Positions 41,523 to 51,327 of a stretch of DNA of 64,000 bases are shown in pieces (within the stretch, counting starts at the first letter, position 1; every line of letters starts with the position of its first letter). Source of the DNA: an uncultured Gemmatimonadaceae bacterium (lineage in GTDB: Bacteria; Gemmatimonadota; Gemmatimonadetes; Gemmatimonadales; Gemmatimonadaceae); assembly GCA_963822945.1 (NCBI GenBank), contig CAWGJO010000036.1, positions 32,001 through 96,000 on the forward strand, given 5' to 3'. Made by a program: the position numbers and the translations under genes. The notes below the pieces were generated by a model. That model saw only the letters and a program-made list of their open reading frames with translations. It did not search any database and was not told the DNA's origin.

Positions 41523-41573
41523 AAAAAAAAAATCGGGCGGACAGTTGCCCTCGGGATTAAAAAATTCTAACTT
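41523..41573 (+). promoter_or_regulatory. Probable sigma70 promoter with A-tract UP element for the XRE gene
   Basis: A10 tract 41523-41532, TTGCCC 41545-41550, 17-bp spacer, TAACTT 41568-41573, in otherwise GC-rich DNA. Confidence 0.5.
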
Positions 41574-41686
41574 CGAGGCTCGATGAACGCTGCCGACCGT
41601 CGGCGAGTCCGCCCACGAGGGCACATCGTCCGGCGCCGGCCAGCACCTTTCTCGTATCCTCACCCCGAGTCATCGCCCACCGAAAC

Positions 41687-42034
41687 GTGCCACCACGCAA
41701 ACGGAGTACGTCCAAGAAAGCCCGCGCGCACTCGGAGAACGAAGTCGTCTCCAAGGCCCGCCTGGCGGACGAGATCAAGAAGGTGATCGCCGAGAAGGGG
41801 CTCACCCAGACCGCGGCCGCCGCGGTCGCCCGGGAAGCCCAGTCCCAGATGTCACTCGTGATGTCGGGTCACCTACAGGGCTTTTCGGCGAACCGGCTGA
41901 TTCGCATTCTTCTTCGGCTCGGTCGCGACGTGGAGATCATCATTCGCCGTGCCGGCGTGCCGCGCCGTGGCGGACGCGTGAAGATCACCGGTACCGGGGC
42001 GGCCCCCCGCGGCAGCACCGCCCGTCGGCGATAG
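41687..42034 (+). CDS. XRE family (HTH_37, HigA2-like) transcriptional regulator
   Basis: KARLADEIKKVIAEKGLTQTAAA...QSQMSLVMSGHLQGFSANRLIRILLRLGRDVEI. Confidence 0.85.
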   Translation: MPPRKRSTSKKARAHSENEVVSKARLADEIKKVIAEKGLTQTAAAAVAREAQSQMSLVMSGHLQGFSANRLIRILLRLGRDVEIIIRRAGVPRRGGRVKITGTGAAPRGSTARRR

Positions 42035-42790
42035 CGGGCGAGCAGGCGCCCAGTATTCTCCGGGCGCCTGGAAGCTGTAGCCCGCACCCTTCACGGTCCG
42101 GAGTGCGTGCGCGAGCCCAACCTTGATGAGCTTGCGCCGGAGGTAGAGCACGTATACGCCCACGATACCGGGCGTGGACGGGCCGTCCTCGGTATTTCCC
42201 CACACCCGCCGCAGGATCTCCTCGCGCGACAACGTCGTTCCGCCACTCTCGGTGAGGCAGCGAAACACGTTGAACTCCGTCGTCGTGAGCGTCACGCTCC
42301 GGCCATTGGCGGTGACCGTGCGCCGCGCCGCGTCGAGCTGCATCCCGTCGGGCCCCATGGTCATCGGCATCGCCAACGGAGACACACGACGGAGCTGCCG
42401 GCGGAGCCGGATGATCACCTCCGGGCCCGCGTCGTCGGTGGCCACGAAGTCGTCCACCCCCACCGCCAACAGGCTGGTGAGCACCGAGGGGCTGGCGCCG
42501 GGGGCGATGACGATCTGGGGCGCGTGTTCCCATCGATCACGCACGCGGTGCAGGACCTCGATGTATTCGGCGGTCACCGGCGGCGGGGCGTCGAGCACCA
42601 CCGCGTTCGGCGGGTGGGCCGCCATCCGCCACAGTCCCGACGACGAGGCGCGCCATCCCAGCGTGCGCGTCGTAATCCCGTACCGCTCCAGGGCCCGCGT
42701 CAGCGCCGTCACCCGTGTACGCACGCGCCCGAGCACCAGGACGGTCGGAGCCTGGATCTGGGCGGGAGAGGGTTTGCGCTTGCGACTCAT
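41873..42790 (-). CDS. Atypical OmpR-family regulator: degenerate receiver plus winged-helix domain
   Basis: LDAARRTVT..G.SVTLTTTEF..F.CL...LSREEILRRVWG...VGVYVLYLRRKL...LRTVKGAGY. Receiver lacks the beta1 acidic pair and conserved Lys. 3' end uncertain because it overlaps the XRE gene. Confidence 0.8.
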   Translation of the reverse strand: MSRKRKPSPAQIQAPTVLVLGRVRTRVTALTRALERYGITTRTLGWRASSSGLWRMAAHPPNAVVLDAPPPVTAEYIEVLHRVRDRWEHAPQIVIAPGASPSVLTSLLAVGVDDFVATDDAGPEVIIRLRRQLRRVSPLAMPMTMGPDGMQLDAARRTVTANGRSVTLTTTEFNVFRCLTESGGTTLSREEILRRVWGNTEDGPSTPGIVGVYVLYLRRKLIKVGLAHALRTVKGAGYSFQAPGEYWAPARPLSPTGGAAAGGRPGTGDLHASATARHAGTANDDLHVATEPKKNANQPVRRKAL

Positions 42791-42950
42791 CTGCGGGGAT
42801 CGGACCTGGCCCCGTAGCGAACGGGGGATCGCGTGGGTGGGAATGCGATAATTAGTCCGAATCTAGGGGTGGCGCCGGGGGTCGGGGTTACACCATGGGC
42901 AATCGTCCGAGGCTGGCCCGCCCCTCGGGGCCCAGGGGCTTGGCGAACCC

Positions 42951-43748
42951 TCAGGCGCCCGTCTTGAGCCGCCGCTTGAACGCCCGCACCACGCGCGAGA
43001 GCCCGCCGTGGCGCGTCACTTCGCCGGCCCGAAGCCCCGTGTAGCGCTTCATCGCGTTGCGCAGGGCCGTGGCCGACGGGTACTCCAACTCCAGGGCCAC
43101 CCATTCCACCGTCTGACCCGTGGTCGCCAACAGGTGCGCGGCGAGCATCAGCCGGGACCAGCCAATCAACTCGGCCGGCGTCGGACCGCCGTCGCGCGCG
43201 CAGTGGTTCAGCAGCGTTCTCCGATGGATGCCGAGCAGGTCGGCCAGGCCCGAAACCGTTCGCGCCCGCACCGGATGTTGGAGGCACGCCGTCGCGATCT
43301 CGCCCAGGCGTTCGGGCAGCAGGGGCCGCACCACCTGGACCACGCGTTCGGCCGAACAGACGCGCTGCGCCGAGGCGATCACCGATCGCACGCCGATCCC
43401 GGTGTCGTCCACTCCGACGAACAGGAATTCGTGGACGCCCGCTTCCGCCATGTGCCGGATGTCCGCCGCCTGCTCCACGCCGGTGTGGCAGTGCGCAATC
43501 ACCGGCATGTCGGGCACCAGCGCTTCGAGTTGCCGCACCACGGCCGCGCCGTCGTTGCCAAGGGGATCGCGGGGCGCGACGATCGCCGCCGCTGGCGGCG
43601 CTTCGGCGTCCCGCACGAAGTCCGGAAGGTCCCCGAGCGAACTCACCCACAGCACCAGCGCCCACCCGCGCAGAGCCCCCGTGATCCGGGCACGCTCCTT
43701 CTGACTCGCCACATACCCGATGATCTGGGGGTCCGCCGGATTCCCCAT
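42951..43748 (-). CDS. AraC-type HTH regulator with receiver-like N-terminal domain
   Basis: TVSGLADLLGIHRRTL...RLMLAAHLL..TGQTVEWVALELEYPSATALRNAMKRYTG. N-terminus GAAVVRQL...MPVIA...AGVHEFL resembles a degenerate REC domain. Confidence 0.82.
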   Translation of the reverse strand: MGNPADPQIIGYVASQKERARITGALRGWALVLWVSSLGDLPDFVRDAEAPPAAAIVAPRDPLGNDGAAVVRQLEALVPDMPVIAHCHTGVEQAADIRHMAEAGVHEFLFVGVDDTGIGVRSVIASAQRVCSAERVVQVVRPLLPERLGEIATACLQHPVRARTVSGLADLLGIHRRTLLNHCARDGGPTPAELIGWSRLMLAAHLLATTGQTVEWVALELEYPSATALRNAMKRYTGLRAGEVTRHGGLSRVVRAFKRRLKTGA

Positions 43749-43809
43749 CGGACATCATCCGCGAAATCTGATCCGTGAACTTGCATGAGCCCCCGGGGCC
43801 GGCACAAGG

Positions 43810-44787
43810 TCAGCGGTGCACGGCAAAGAAGATTGCGACGCCCGTGGCCACGAGGGCGACCACCCACGGCACCCAGCCCGGGATCGCCGACATCGGACCG
43901 GCTCCGCGCGTCCCGGTGACGCCAGCGGCCGGCGCCCCTCGCAGCGCCTGCACGATCTCGCTCGCCCGTTGAGGCCGCTGCTCGGGTTGCTTCTCCAGGC
44001 ACTGCATCACGATCCGGGCCAGCGGGGCCGGCACCCCCGGCCGGCGCTGCGCGATCGGGTCGGGCGCCTGGTGCGCATGCGCCGCCATCACCACCGCGGC
44101 GTTCCGCCCCGCGAACGGCGGATGCCCGGTCAGCATTTCGTATGCCACCACACCCAGCGAATACAGGTCGGCGCGGTGATCCAGATTCGGGTCGCCCGCC
44201 GCCTGCTCGGGCGGGATGTACGTCGGCGTGCCCAGAGTCGTGCCGCTGCGGGTGATGCGGGCCGCGGCCGGATCCTCGGTCTCCACGCTCGCCACCGAGA
44301 TCGCCTTGCCGATGCCGAAATCCAGCACCACCGCGTGATCGTGAAAGAACATCACGTTCTCGGGCTTGATGTCGCGGTGCACGATCCCGAGTTCGTGCGC
44401 GTAGTCGAGCGCGCTCGCCACTTCTTCGAGAATCCGAGCCACGTTCTCGATGCTCATCGGCCGCTCGCGGCTCATCCGCTCGCGCAGCGATTCGCCGTCC
44501 ACCAGCGGCATGGTGTAGTACACCGAATTGGCCGCCGGACCCGACGTGAGCAGCGGAACGATGTTCGGGTGCTGCAGCCGCGCCGCGAGCGCGATCTCGC
44601 GCTTGAACCGCTCCGCCGACAACCCCGCCACCAACTCGGGGGAGAGGACCTTGATCACGACGGTACGCCCGAGGGCTAATTCCCGCGCCGCGAACACGCG
44701 GGACATCCCGCCCTTGGGCAGTTCACGCTCGATCGTGTAGGTGGCGCCGAGGGCGGCCTGGAGTTCGTCGCGAAGCGAGGTGGACAT
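43810..44787 (-). CDS. Hanks-type Ser/Thr protein kinase with C-terminal membrane anchor
   Basis: KGGMSRV, VVIKVL, FKREI, HPNIVP, HRDIKPEN, DFG, GTPTYIPPEQ, DLYSLG, C-terminal WVVALVATGVAIFFAV. Confidence 0.93.
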   Translation of the reverse strand: MSTSLRDELQAALGATYTIERELPKGGMSRVFAARELALGRTVVIKVLSPELVAGLSAERFKREIALAARLQHPNIVPLLTSGPAANSVYYTMPLVDGESLRERMSRERPMSIENVARILEEVASALDYAHELGIVHRDIKPENVMFFHDHAVVLDFGIGKAISVASVETEDPAAARITRSGTTLGTPTYIPPEQAAGDPNLDHRADLYSLGVVAYEMLTGHPPFAGRNAAVVMAAHAHQAPDPIAQRRPGVPAPLARIVMQCLEKQPEQRPQRASEIVQALRGAPAAGVTGTRGAGPMSAIPGWVPWVVALVATGVAIFFAVHR

Positions 44788-44886
44788 AAAAATCCGGCGT
44801 CGGATGTGGATTGGTGACACCACACGATGGGTAAAATGTGGCGTAGGCGCAACCAAAACCTCCCGTAACGACGTGACCGAGAAGGG

Positions 44887-45149
44887 GCGCAGGACCGAAA
44901 CCGCGCAGGGCCGGTACGGCGCAGGGCCGAAACGGCGCAGGGCATGAGAGGCGCAGGGCCGATACGGCGGGGAAACGGTAGATCTTCAACAGCGAATGGG
45001 GTGACTCCGCCGCGCCCGCGCCCCCCGGTTCGCCGTTTCGAGGGCCGGAGGCCCCCTCCGGTTCCCCGCTGTATCGGCCCTGCGTGGTTTCGGTCCTGCG
45101 TGGTCTCGGCCCTGCGTAGTTTCGGCCCTGCGTAGTTTCGGCCCTGCGC
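44887..45149. repeat. Inverted pair of 16-bp tandem arrays (5+5 units, consensus RCGCAGGGCCGAAACN) around a 79-nt core
   Basis: Units at 44887-44966 on +, 45070-45149 on -. Inner GCGGGGAAACGG / CCGGTTCCCCGC arms. Confidence 0.9.
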
Positions 45150-45155
45150 CGTCTC

Positions 45156-45668
45156 TCAGTTCCGTCGTTTCGTTCGGTACATCACATGCTTCATCCCCGC
45201 ATGCCTCACCTCGCGCTCGTATCTCATCCCCACCTTCTCCATCACATGCCGCGATCCGGCGTTGGTGGGCAGCGTGATCGCCACCAGTGACTCGAGCCCC
45301 AACTCGCCCTGCCCGATGGCCAGGCACTCGTTGGCGATCTCCGTTGCCAACCCCTGCCCCCACCACGGCGCGTAGAGCGCATAGCCGATCTCCACCTCGG
45401 CGACCCCTTCGATGTCCAGGTGCCGCACCACCGCGCGCCCGATGACCTCGTCGCCCGAGGCGGCGCGCACGATCCACAGCCCGAAGCCGTAGCGGTCCCA
45501 GTGCTCGAGATTGGTCCGCAGGTACGCCTGCGTCTGCTCCTCGCTGCGCACACCGCCCAGCGTGGCCATCACGCGCTCGTCGGCATGCATCCGCCGGATC
45601 TCGTCCAGGTGATCGGGACGCAGCCGCTCGGCGTGCAGGCGGGGGGTGGCGAAGGCATCGAGGTTCAT
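45156..45668 (-). CDS. GNAT family (RimJ/RimL-like) N-acetyltransferase
   Basis: TPRL, HWDRYGFGLW, EVEIGYAL..PWWGQGLATE, NAGSRHVMEKVGM. Confidence 0.92.
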   Translation of the reverse strand: MNLDAFATPRLHAERLRPDHLDEIRRMHADERVMATLGGVRSEEQTQAYLRTNLEHWDRYGFGLWIVRAASGDEVIGRAVVRHLDIEGVAEVEIGYALYAPWWGQGLATEIANECLAIGQGELGLESLVAITLPTNAGSRHVMEKVGMRYEREVRHAGMKHVMYRTKRRN

Positions 45669-45824
45669 CGGGCGGCATCCATCCCGTCGGTCGGTGTGGC
45701 AGGACGCGTGATGATGTCGCGTGGCTCGGCCGCGGTCAATGCCGGCGTCGCGGAGGCGGTCGGGTATACGGACGCGTGGTTGGAGTCCAGATCGGTACGT
45801 CGGGCGGGCGGTGGGGAAACGGGA

Positions 45825-45856
45825 AACGCCGGGGGACCATTCGGCCCCCCGGCGTT
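45825..45856 (-). terminator. Hairpin downstream of the S10 peptidase gene
   Basis: AACGCCGGGGG-N10-CCCCCGGCGTT. Confidence 0.45.
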
Positions 45857-45900
45857 CGCATTGCCACTGGCGTTGGCCGGTGGCCCGGCCCCGCCGCCGC

Positions 45901-47454
45901 CTAGTGCATCTGCGACGCGGCGGTCTTGGTGGAATTGATGAACTTCTCGATGTTCTGCTGGAGTTGCTTGGCCGAAGCCTGGTTGAGGTAGGCCATGTGG
46001 CCGCTCTCGTAGTAGTCGAACTTCACCCGGTTCCTGTACGTCTGGTCGAAGCCCAGATGCCGGAAGGTGTACTCGGCGTTCGCGAACGGCGTGGCCGAGT
46101 CGTAGTAGCCGGCGCCCACCAGCACGTGCAGGTACGGATCCTTGGCCATGGCCAGGCGCAGGTCCTCGCTCGTGCTCGGGTAGCCGGCGTAGCCGCCCGG
46201 GCCCCAGTCCCAACGACCGGCGTGTCCGCCCATGTAGTACTGCAGGTCGGTGTGGTAGTCGAGGTCGTTGTGCAGGTAGCGCATGAACGCCGACATGAAG
46301 GCCCCCGACGGCGCCACGTCGCTCGGGTCGTAGTCCTGGTACTGGTTGGCGGCGTTGCCGTTGATGCCGATGAGGCGGGTATCGTAGCGGCCGAGCATCT
46401 CGCGCTGGTCGCGCAGCAGCTCGGTGCGGAAATCGCCCGCGCTGATGCGCAGGTTGGTGTTGAGAATGAACTTCTGCGAAAGGCCGGTGAGCCGGGCCAG
46501 CTTCTCGGCGGCCGCGGTCTTCTCGGCCGTGGTCAGTTCATTGCCCTTGGCGAGGGTGGTCAGGTAGTCGCCGAACGCGTAGTCGCGCGACTGCTGCACC
46601 ACCTGCTCCAGCGTCATCTTCTGCAGGTCGGCGGGCAGCTTCTTGTGGTACCACGCCGTGGCCGTGTAGGTGGGCAGGAACATCGCGTACGCGTTGTCGT
46701 TGGTCGGGTTGGGCGCGATGTTGCCGAGGTCGAGCACGGTGCCCAGCAGCATGACGCCGTTGAGGTAGATGCCCTCGTTTTCCTGCAGCTCATTGGCCAG
46801 CCCCGCCGACCGGAAGGTGCCGTAGCTCTCGCCGAACAGGTACTTGGGGCTCGCCCAGCGCTGGTACTTGTCCAGGTAGTCGCGAATGAACTGGCCGAAC
46901 ATCGAGATGTCGTTGCGCGTGCCGGTGAAGTCGGACACGGGCACGCCCGGTGCCGGCCGCGAATACCCGGTGTTCATGGCGTCGATCTGCACCAGGTCGG
47001 TGGTGGCGAGCGGCGTGTACGGATTGGGCACGAGATCGTACGGGGGCGCCGGCTGCGAGCCGTTGGGGCCCATGTTCGGGTGCATCGGGCTCATGATGCC
47101 CATGTCCAGCCAGATGGACGAAGAGCCCGGCCCGCCGTTGAAGAAGAAAGTCACCGGGCGCGTGGTGGAATCGACGCCGTCCTTGGTGTACGAGATGTAG
47201 AACACCGTCCCGTTCGCCTTCCCGTTGGCGTCGTGCAGCACCATGGTGCCGGCGCGCGCCGTGTAGGCGATTTTCTCGCCGTCCACCGTCACCGTATGGT
47301 GCGTGGTCGAGACCTTCTCGACCGCGGGGATGCCCGCGGAGTCGGAGCGCGAGGCGGAGGGTGGGCCGCCGCGCCCGCGGCCCTGGGCCTGCGCGTTCGG
47401 GACGACGGCGAGAGACGTGGCGGCAATGCCGAGCAGCAGCAGCCGAAGACGCAT
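45901..47454 (-). CDS. S10 family serine carboxypeptidase, exported
   Basis: Signal peptide, FFNGGPGSSS, GESYGT, GYYDSATP, YESGHM. GGAGG RBS. Confidence 0.92.
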   Translation of the reverse strand: MRLRLLLLGIAATSLAVVPNAQAQGRGRGGPPSASRSDSAGIPAVEKVSTTHHTVTVDGEKIAYTARAGTMVLHDANGKANGTVFYISYTKDGVDSTTRPVTFFFNGGPGSSSIWLDMGIMSPMHPNMGPNGSQPAPPYDLVPNPYTPLATTDLVQIDAMNTGYSRPAPGVPVSDFTGTRNDISMFGQFIRDYLDKYQRWASPKYLFGESYGTFRSAGLANELQENEGIYLNGVMLLGTVLDLGNIAPNPTNDNAYAMFLPTYTATAWYHKKLPADLQKMTLEQVVQQSRDYAFGDYLTTLAKGNELTTAEKTAAAEKLARLTGLSQKFILNTNLRISAGDFRTELLRDQREMLGRYDTRLIGINGNAANQYQDYDPSDVAPSGAFMSAFMRYLHNDLDYHTDLQYYMGGHAGRWDWGPGGYAGYPSTSEDLRLAMAKDPYLHVLVGAGYYDSATPFANAEYTFRHLGFDQTYRNRVKFDYYESGHMAYLNQASAKQLQQNIEKFINSTKTAASQMH

Positions 47455-47720
47455 GACGGATCCTCCAGTGTGCGGACGCCGGGAATTGCGGGCCCGCGAA
47501 CGGATGAAGTGGATACACCTGGCACAAGCCAGAGACTGCCGGGGGACGGCGCGACCGGGCCTGCAATGGGCTGGGGGAGCCTATAATGTACAACGCGGAA
47601 CGGAATCGAGCGTTTCCACGCCCAGCGCAGAGGGACCATGCAGCCGTCCAGTAGCGTCATCTATTTCCTCACCGGCGGGGCGCGCGCCGCGCTCGGCCGG
47701 CATGCCGGGTCGGAGCGCGG

Positions 47721-48976
47721 ATGAACACCCTCGTACCCGCCTCCGCCCTGCAGGTCGCGCTCGTCCTCCTGCTCTCGTTCCTCATCGGGCTCGAGCGCGA
47801 GGAGCGCAAGCAGGCGGAGGGCAAGTGGATGTTCGGGGGCGTACGCACCTTCCCGCTCATCGGGCTGGTGAGCTACTCGCTCGCCCTCCTCTCGGGCGCC
47901 GACCTGCTCCCGTGGACGCTCGGCTTCGCCGTGGTGGGCGGGTTCATGCTGCTCTCGTACAACCGGAAGCTGGCGTCCGCCGAGTCCGCCGGCATCACCA
48001 CCGAGATGAGCGGCCTGGCCACCTATCTCGTGGCCGGGCTCGTCTATCGCGAGTTGTACTGGATGGCGGCGACGATCGCGGTGCTCAGCGTGCTGCTGCT
48101 CGAGTTGAAGAAGTGGCTCGAGGGACTCACGCGCCACGTCGCCTCGGGCGAGATCGCCACGGTCGCCCAGTTCCTGGTGCTCACCGTCGTCATCCTGCCC
48201 ATCGTTCCCAACCGCGACTTCACGCACTTCGACCTCAATCCGTTCCGCACCTGGCTCGTGGTGGTGGCGGTGAGCGGCGTGTCGTTCGGCAGCTACGTCG
48301 TGCAGCGCCTGCTCAAGGGCCGCGGCGGCGTGCTCGTCTCGGCGCTGCTCGGCGGCGCCTACTCGTCGACCGTGGCCACCGTGGTGCTGCTCGCGCGGCA
48401 CGCCAAGGCCCGGCAGCAGCCGAACCTGTTCGCGGGCAGCATCTCGGCCGCGTCCGGCGTGATGTACGTGCGGCTGCTCGTGCTCATCGCGTTCTTCAAC
48501 GCGTCGGTGGCCGCCCGCTGCTGCCCGGCTTCGCGATCGCGGCCCTGGCCGGCATCGGCGGCGGCTGGTACGTATCGCGCCGCGCCGACGGGCCCGCCGC
48601 GGCCACCGACGCCGAGCAGCCCGCCGTCAATCCGCTGGAGCTCAAGGCCGCGTTCCTGTTTGCCGCCGTGTTCGTGGCCGTGCTCGTCGCCACCACTCTG
48701 GTGCGCGAGTACCTCGGCCACGCCGGTCTCTACACGCTGGCCGGGATCATGGGGGTGACCGACGTCGATCCCTTCATCCTCGGTGTTTCGCAGTCGCGCG
48801 GCGCCGCGCTGCCGCTGGCCGTGGCCGCCACGGCGATCGTGATCGCGGCGTCGAGCAACAACGTGGTGAAGGCGATCTACGCGCACACGTTCTCCGACCG
48901 TGAGACGGGACGGCGCAGCGCGGCGCTGCTCGTGGCGCTCGCCGCGGTGGGGCTCGTGGCGCTCGTGTGGGTGTGA
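47721..48976 (+). CDS. MgtC/SapB-DUF4010 family membrane protein (one frameshift near 48517)
   Basis: IGLERE, GGVRTFPLIGL, GITTE, LGGAYSST. After one missing base: LLPGFAIA...NPLELKAAFLFA...GVTDVDP...SNNVVKA. Confidence 0.85.
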
Positions 48977-49131
48977 CGGGGCCGGCGGGCCCCGCGGCGT
49001 CGGCTACACCACCCGGAGTTCCACGCGCGGCGGTTGAACCCGGCAACCTTGCGGGCCGGCCCCCGGTTCCGATCGCGCGGTCGGGCGCCCCGGTTCGCAC
49101 ATCGGCCGTGTTTCGTGGTATACCTGATGCC

Positions 49132-49929
49132 ATGCAAAGACACGCCCCGGGAGGGCGCATTCGGATCGCCGCCATACTGCTCGCGGCGGGGCTCGCTGCC
49201 GCTGCGACCGCCTGCGGGCGCCGCGACGCAACGGGCTACACGGTGGTGCATCGCTACCCTCACGACACCTCGGCGTTCACAGAAGGGCTGCTCTACAGCG
49301 GCGGCGTGCTGTACGAGAGCGTCGGACTGTACGGCCGGTCGGAGGTGCGCCGCGAAGCACTGGCCACAGGGCGCGTGCTCGCTTCCACTCCGCTGGCACC
49401 GGATCGCTTCGGCGAGGGGCTGGCGCTGCTCGGCGGGCGCCTGTATCAACTCACCTGGAAGAGCCACGTGGGGTACGTGTACGACGCCGCCACGCTCGCC
49501 CGCGTCGATTCGTTCGCCTTTCCCGGCCAGGGGTGGGGGATGACCACCGACGGGACTGCGCTCATCATGAGCGACGGTTCGGACAGCCTGCGCTTCTTCG
49601 ATCCCCACACGTTCGCAACGCTGCGCGAACTCCATGTACGGAGCGGCGGACTGCCCCTGAAGGCGCTGAACGAGTTGGAGTACGTGGACGGCGCGCTCTA
49701 CGCCAACGTGTATCAGAGTAACTTCATCGTCCGCATCGACCCCGCGAGCGGCGACGTGACGCGGTGGCTCGACCTCGGCGCGCTGGTGCCCGCGCACGAC
49801 CCCGACCTCGCGGACGACGTGCTCAACGGCATTGCGTACGACGCCGCCACCGGCGACCTGCTGGTGACCGGGAAGAGGTGGCCCGTGCTATTCGCCATTC
49901 GCCCGGATCCGGTGGGCGTCCCCCGGTGA
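49132..49929 (+). CDS. Glutaminyl-peptide cyclotransferase
   Basis: YPHDTSAFTEGL, YESVGLYG, FGEGL, QLTWK, GWGMT, SDGS, LNELEY, VLNGIAYD, VTGKRWP. Start approximate. Confidence 0.92.
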   Translation: MQRHAPGGRIRIAAILLAAGLAAAATACGRRDATGYTVVHRYPHDTSAFTEGLLYSGGVLYESVGLYGRSEVRREALATGRVLASTPLAPDRFGEGLALLGGRLYQLTWKSHVGYVYDAATLARVDSFAFPGQGWGMTTDGTALIMSDGSDSLRFFDPHTFATLRELHVRSGGLPLKALNELEYVDGALYANVYQSNFIVRIDPASGDVTRWLDLGALVPAHDPDLADDVLNGIAYDAATGDLLVTGKRWPVLFAIRPDPVGVPR

Positions 49930-51204
49930 CCACATCCGCGCCCCCGCGCTCCCGCGGCCACCTGGGACGTGCGCTGGCGCGCACCTTCCAGTCCCTCCGC
50001 ACGCGCAACTTCCGGCTCTTCTTCATCGGCCAGTTGATCTCGAACACGGGCAACTGGCTCACCAACGTCGCGCTCATCCTGCTCGTCCTGCAGCTCACCC
50101 GGAGCGGACTCGCCGTGGGGCTGCTCGCGGCCTGTCAGTTCGGCCCGATGTTCTTCCTCGGCGCCTGGGCAGGCGCCGTGGCCGACCGATCCGACAAGCG
50201 CGCATCTGCTGCTCTGGACGCAGAGTCTCGAGATGGCGCAGTCGGTGGGGCTCGCCGTGCTCGCCTTCCGCCCGCACCCGTCGCTCGTCGCGCTGTATCT
50301 CATCGCGCTCGGCGGGGGGATCCTGCTGGCGTTCGACAACCCCCTGCGCCGCTCCTTCGTCCCGAGATGGTGGACGCGGACGACATCCCGAATGCCGTGG
50401 TGCTGTACAGCGCGATCGTGAACATCTCCCGGGTGTTCGGGCCGGCCCTTGCCGGACTGCTCGCGGTCACGCTCGGCTTCGGCTGGTGCTTCACGCTCGA
50501 CGCGGCATCGTATCTCGCCGTCCTGGCCTGCATCGTGATGATGCGCGCCGCCGAGCTGCACCGTGTGCCGCACCCGGCGCGCACCGGGCGCGAGGTGCGC
50601 GAGGGACTGGAGTACGTGGCCTCCGTGCCCTACCTCTGGATCAGCTTCGCGATGTTCGCCGCGGTCGGGCTCTTCTCCTTCAACTTCCGGGTCACCCTCC
50701 CCCTGTTCGTGTCCGATTCGCTGCACCGCTCCGACGCGGTGTTCACCATTCTCTATTCGGTGTTCAGCGTCGGCGCGGTGGTGAGCGCGTTGATCGTGGC
50801 GCACCGGAAGCTCGTGCAGCTCCGCCACGTCGTGCTCGGCGCGGCGTCGATGGGCATTGCCATGCTGCTGCTCTCGGCGGTGCCGAATCTGGCGAGCGCC
50901 GTGGCGGCGGTGTTTCTCGTGGGAATTGCGAGCGTGCTGTACATGACCCCCACCGCCGCGCATTGCGCAGGTGGACACGCGCCGCGACATGCACGGCCGC
51001 GTGCTGGCGCTGCAGACCGTGCTCATGGGTGGGACCTCGCTGGCGGGCGGCCCGCTGCTCGGCCGGTTCGCCGATCTGGCCGGCGGGCGGGCACCGCTGG
51101 CGCTGGGTGGGGTGGTCTGTCTCGGCGCGGCGGGGTTCGGCTACGCCGCCGGCCGGCGGTACGGGGTGCTCGCGCCCCCCGCACCGCCACCCGATATCGC
51201 CTGA
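49926..51204 (+). CDS. MFS transporter (MFS_3/DHA3-like), three frameshifts near 50202, 50362, 50961
   Basis: SLRTRNFRLFFIGQLISNTGNW, AGAVADRSDKR, FDNPLRRSFV, NAV...NISRVFGPALAG, MHGRVLAL, in alternating frames. Confidence 0.85.
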
Positions 51205-51327
51205 CTCGCTATGGCGCCAGCACCGCCGCGATCAACTGATGGTTCTCGCGCGTGGTGCCTTCGTAGCAGAATGACGTACAGCGCAACAGTCTCTGCGCAC
51301 GAGGCCGCAGTTCAAACGGCGGGATCT

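Noticed and set aside
41583..41786. Toxin partner for the XRE protein
   Set aside because: The ORF is Arg/Pro-rich, overlaps XRE out of frame and has no RelE/ParE features.
44887..45149. CRISPR array
   Set aside because: Units are contiguous 16-mers with no unique spacers, and there are no cas genes.
47559..47587. Sigma70 promoter at TATAAT 47582-47587
   Set aside because: Perfect -10 but no convincing -35 at 16-18 bp, so not reported as a feature.
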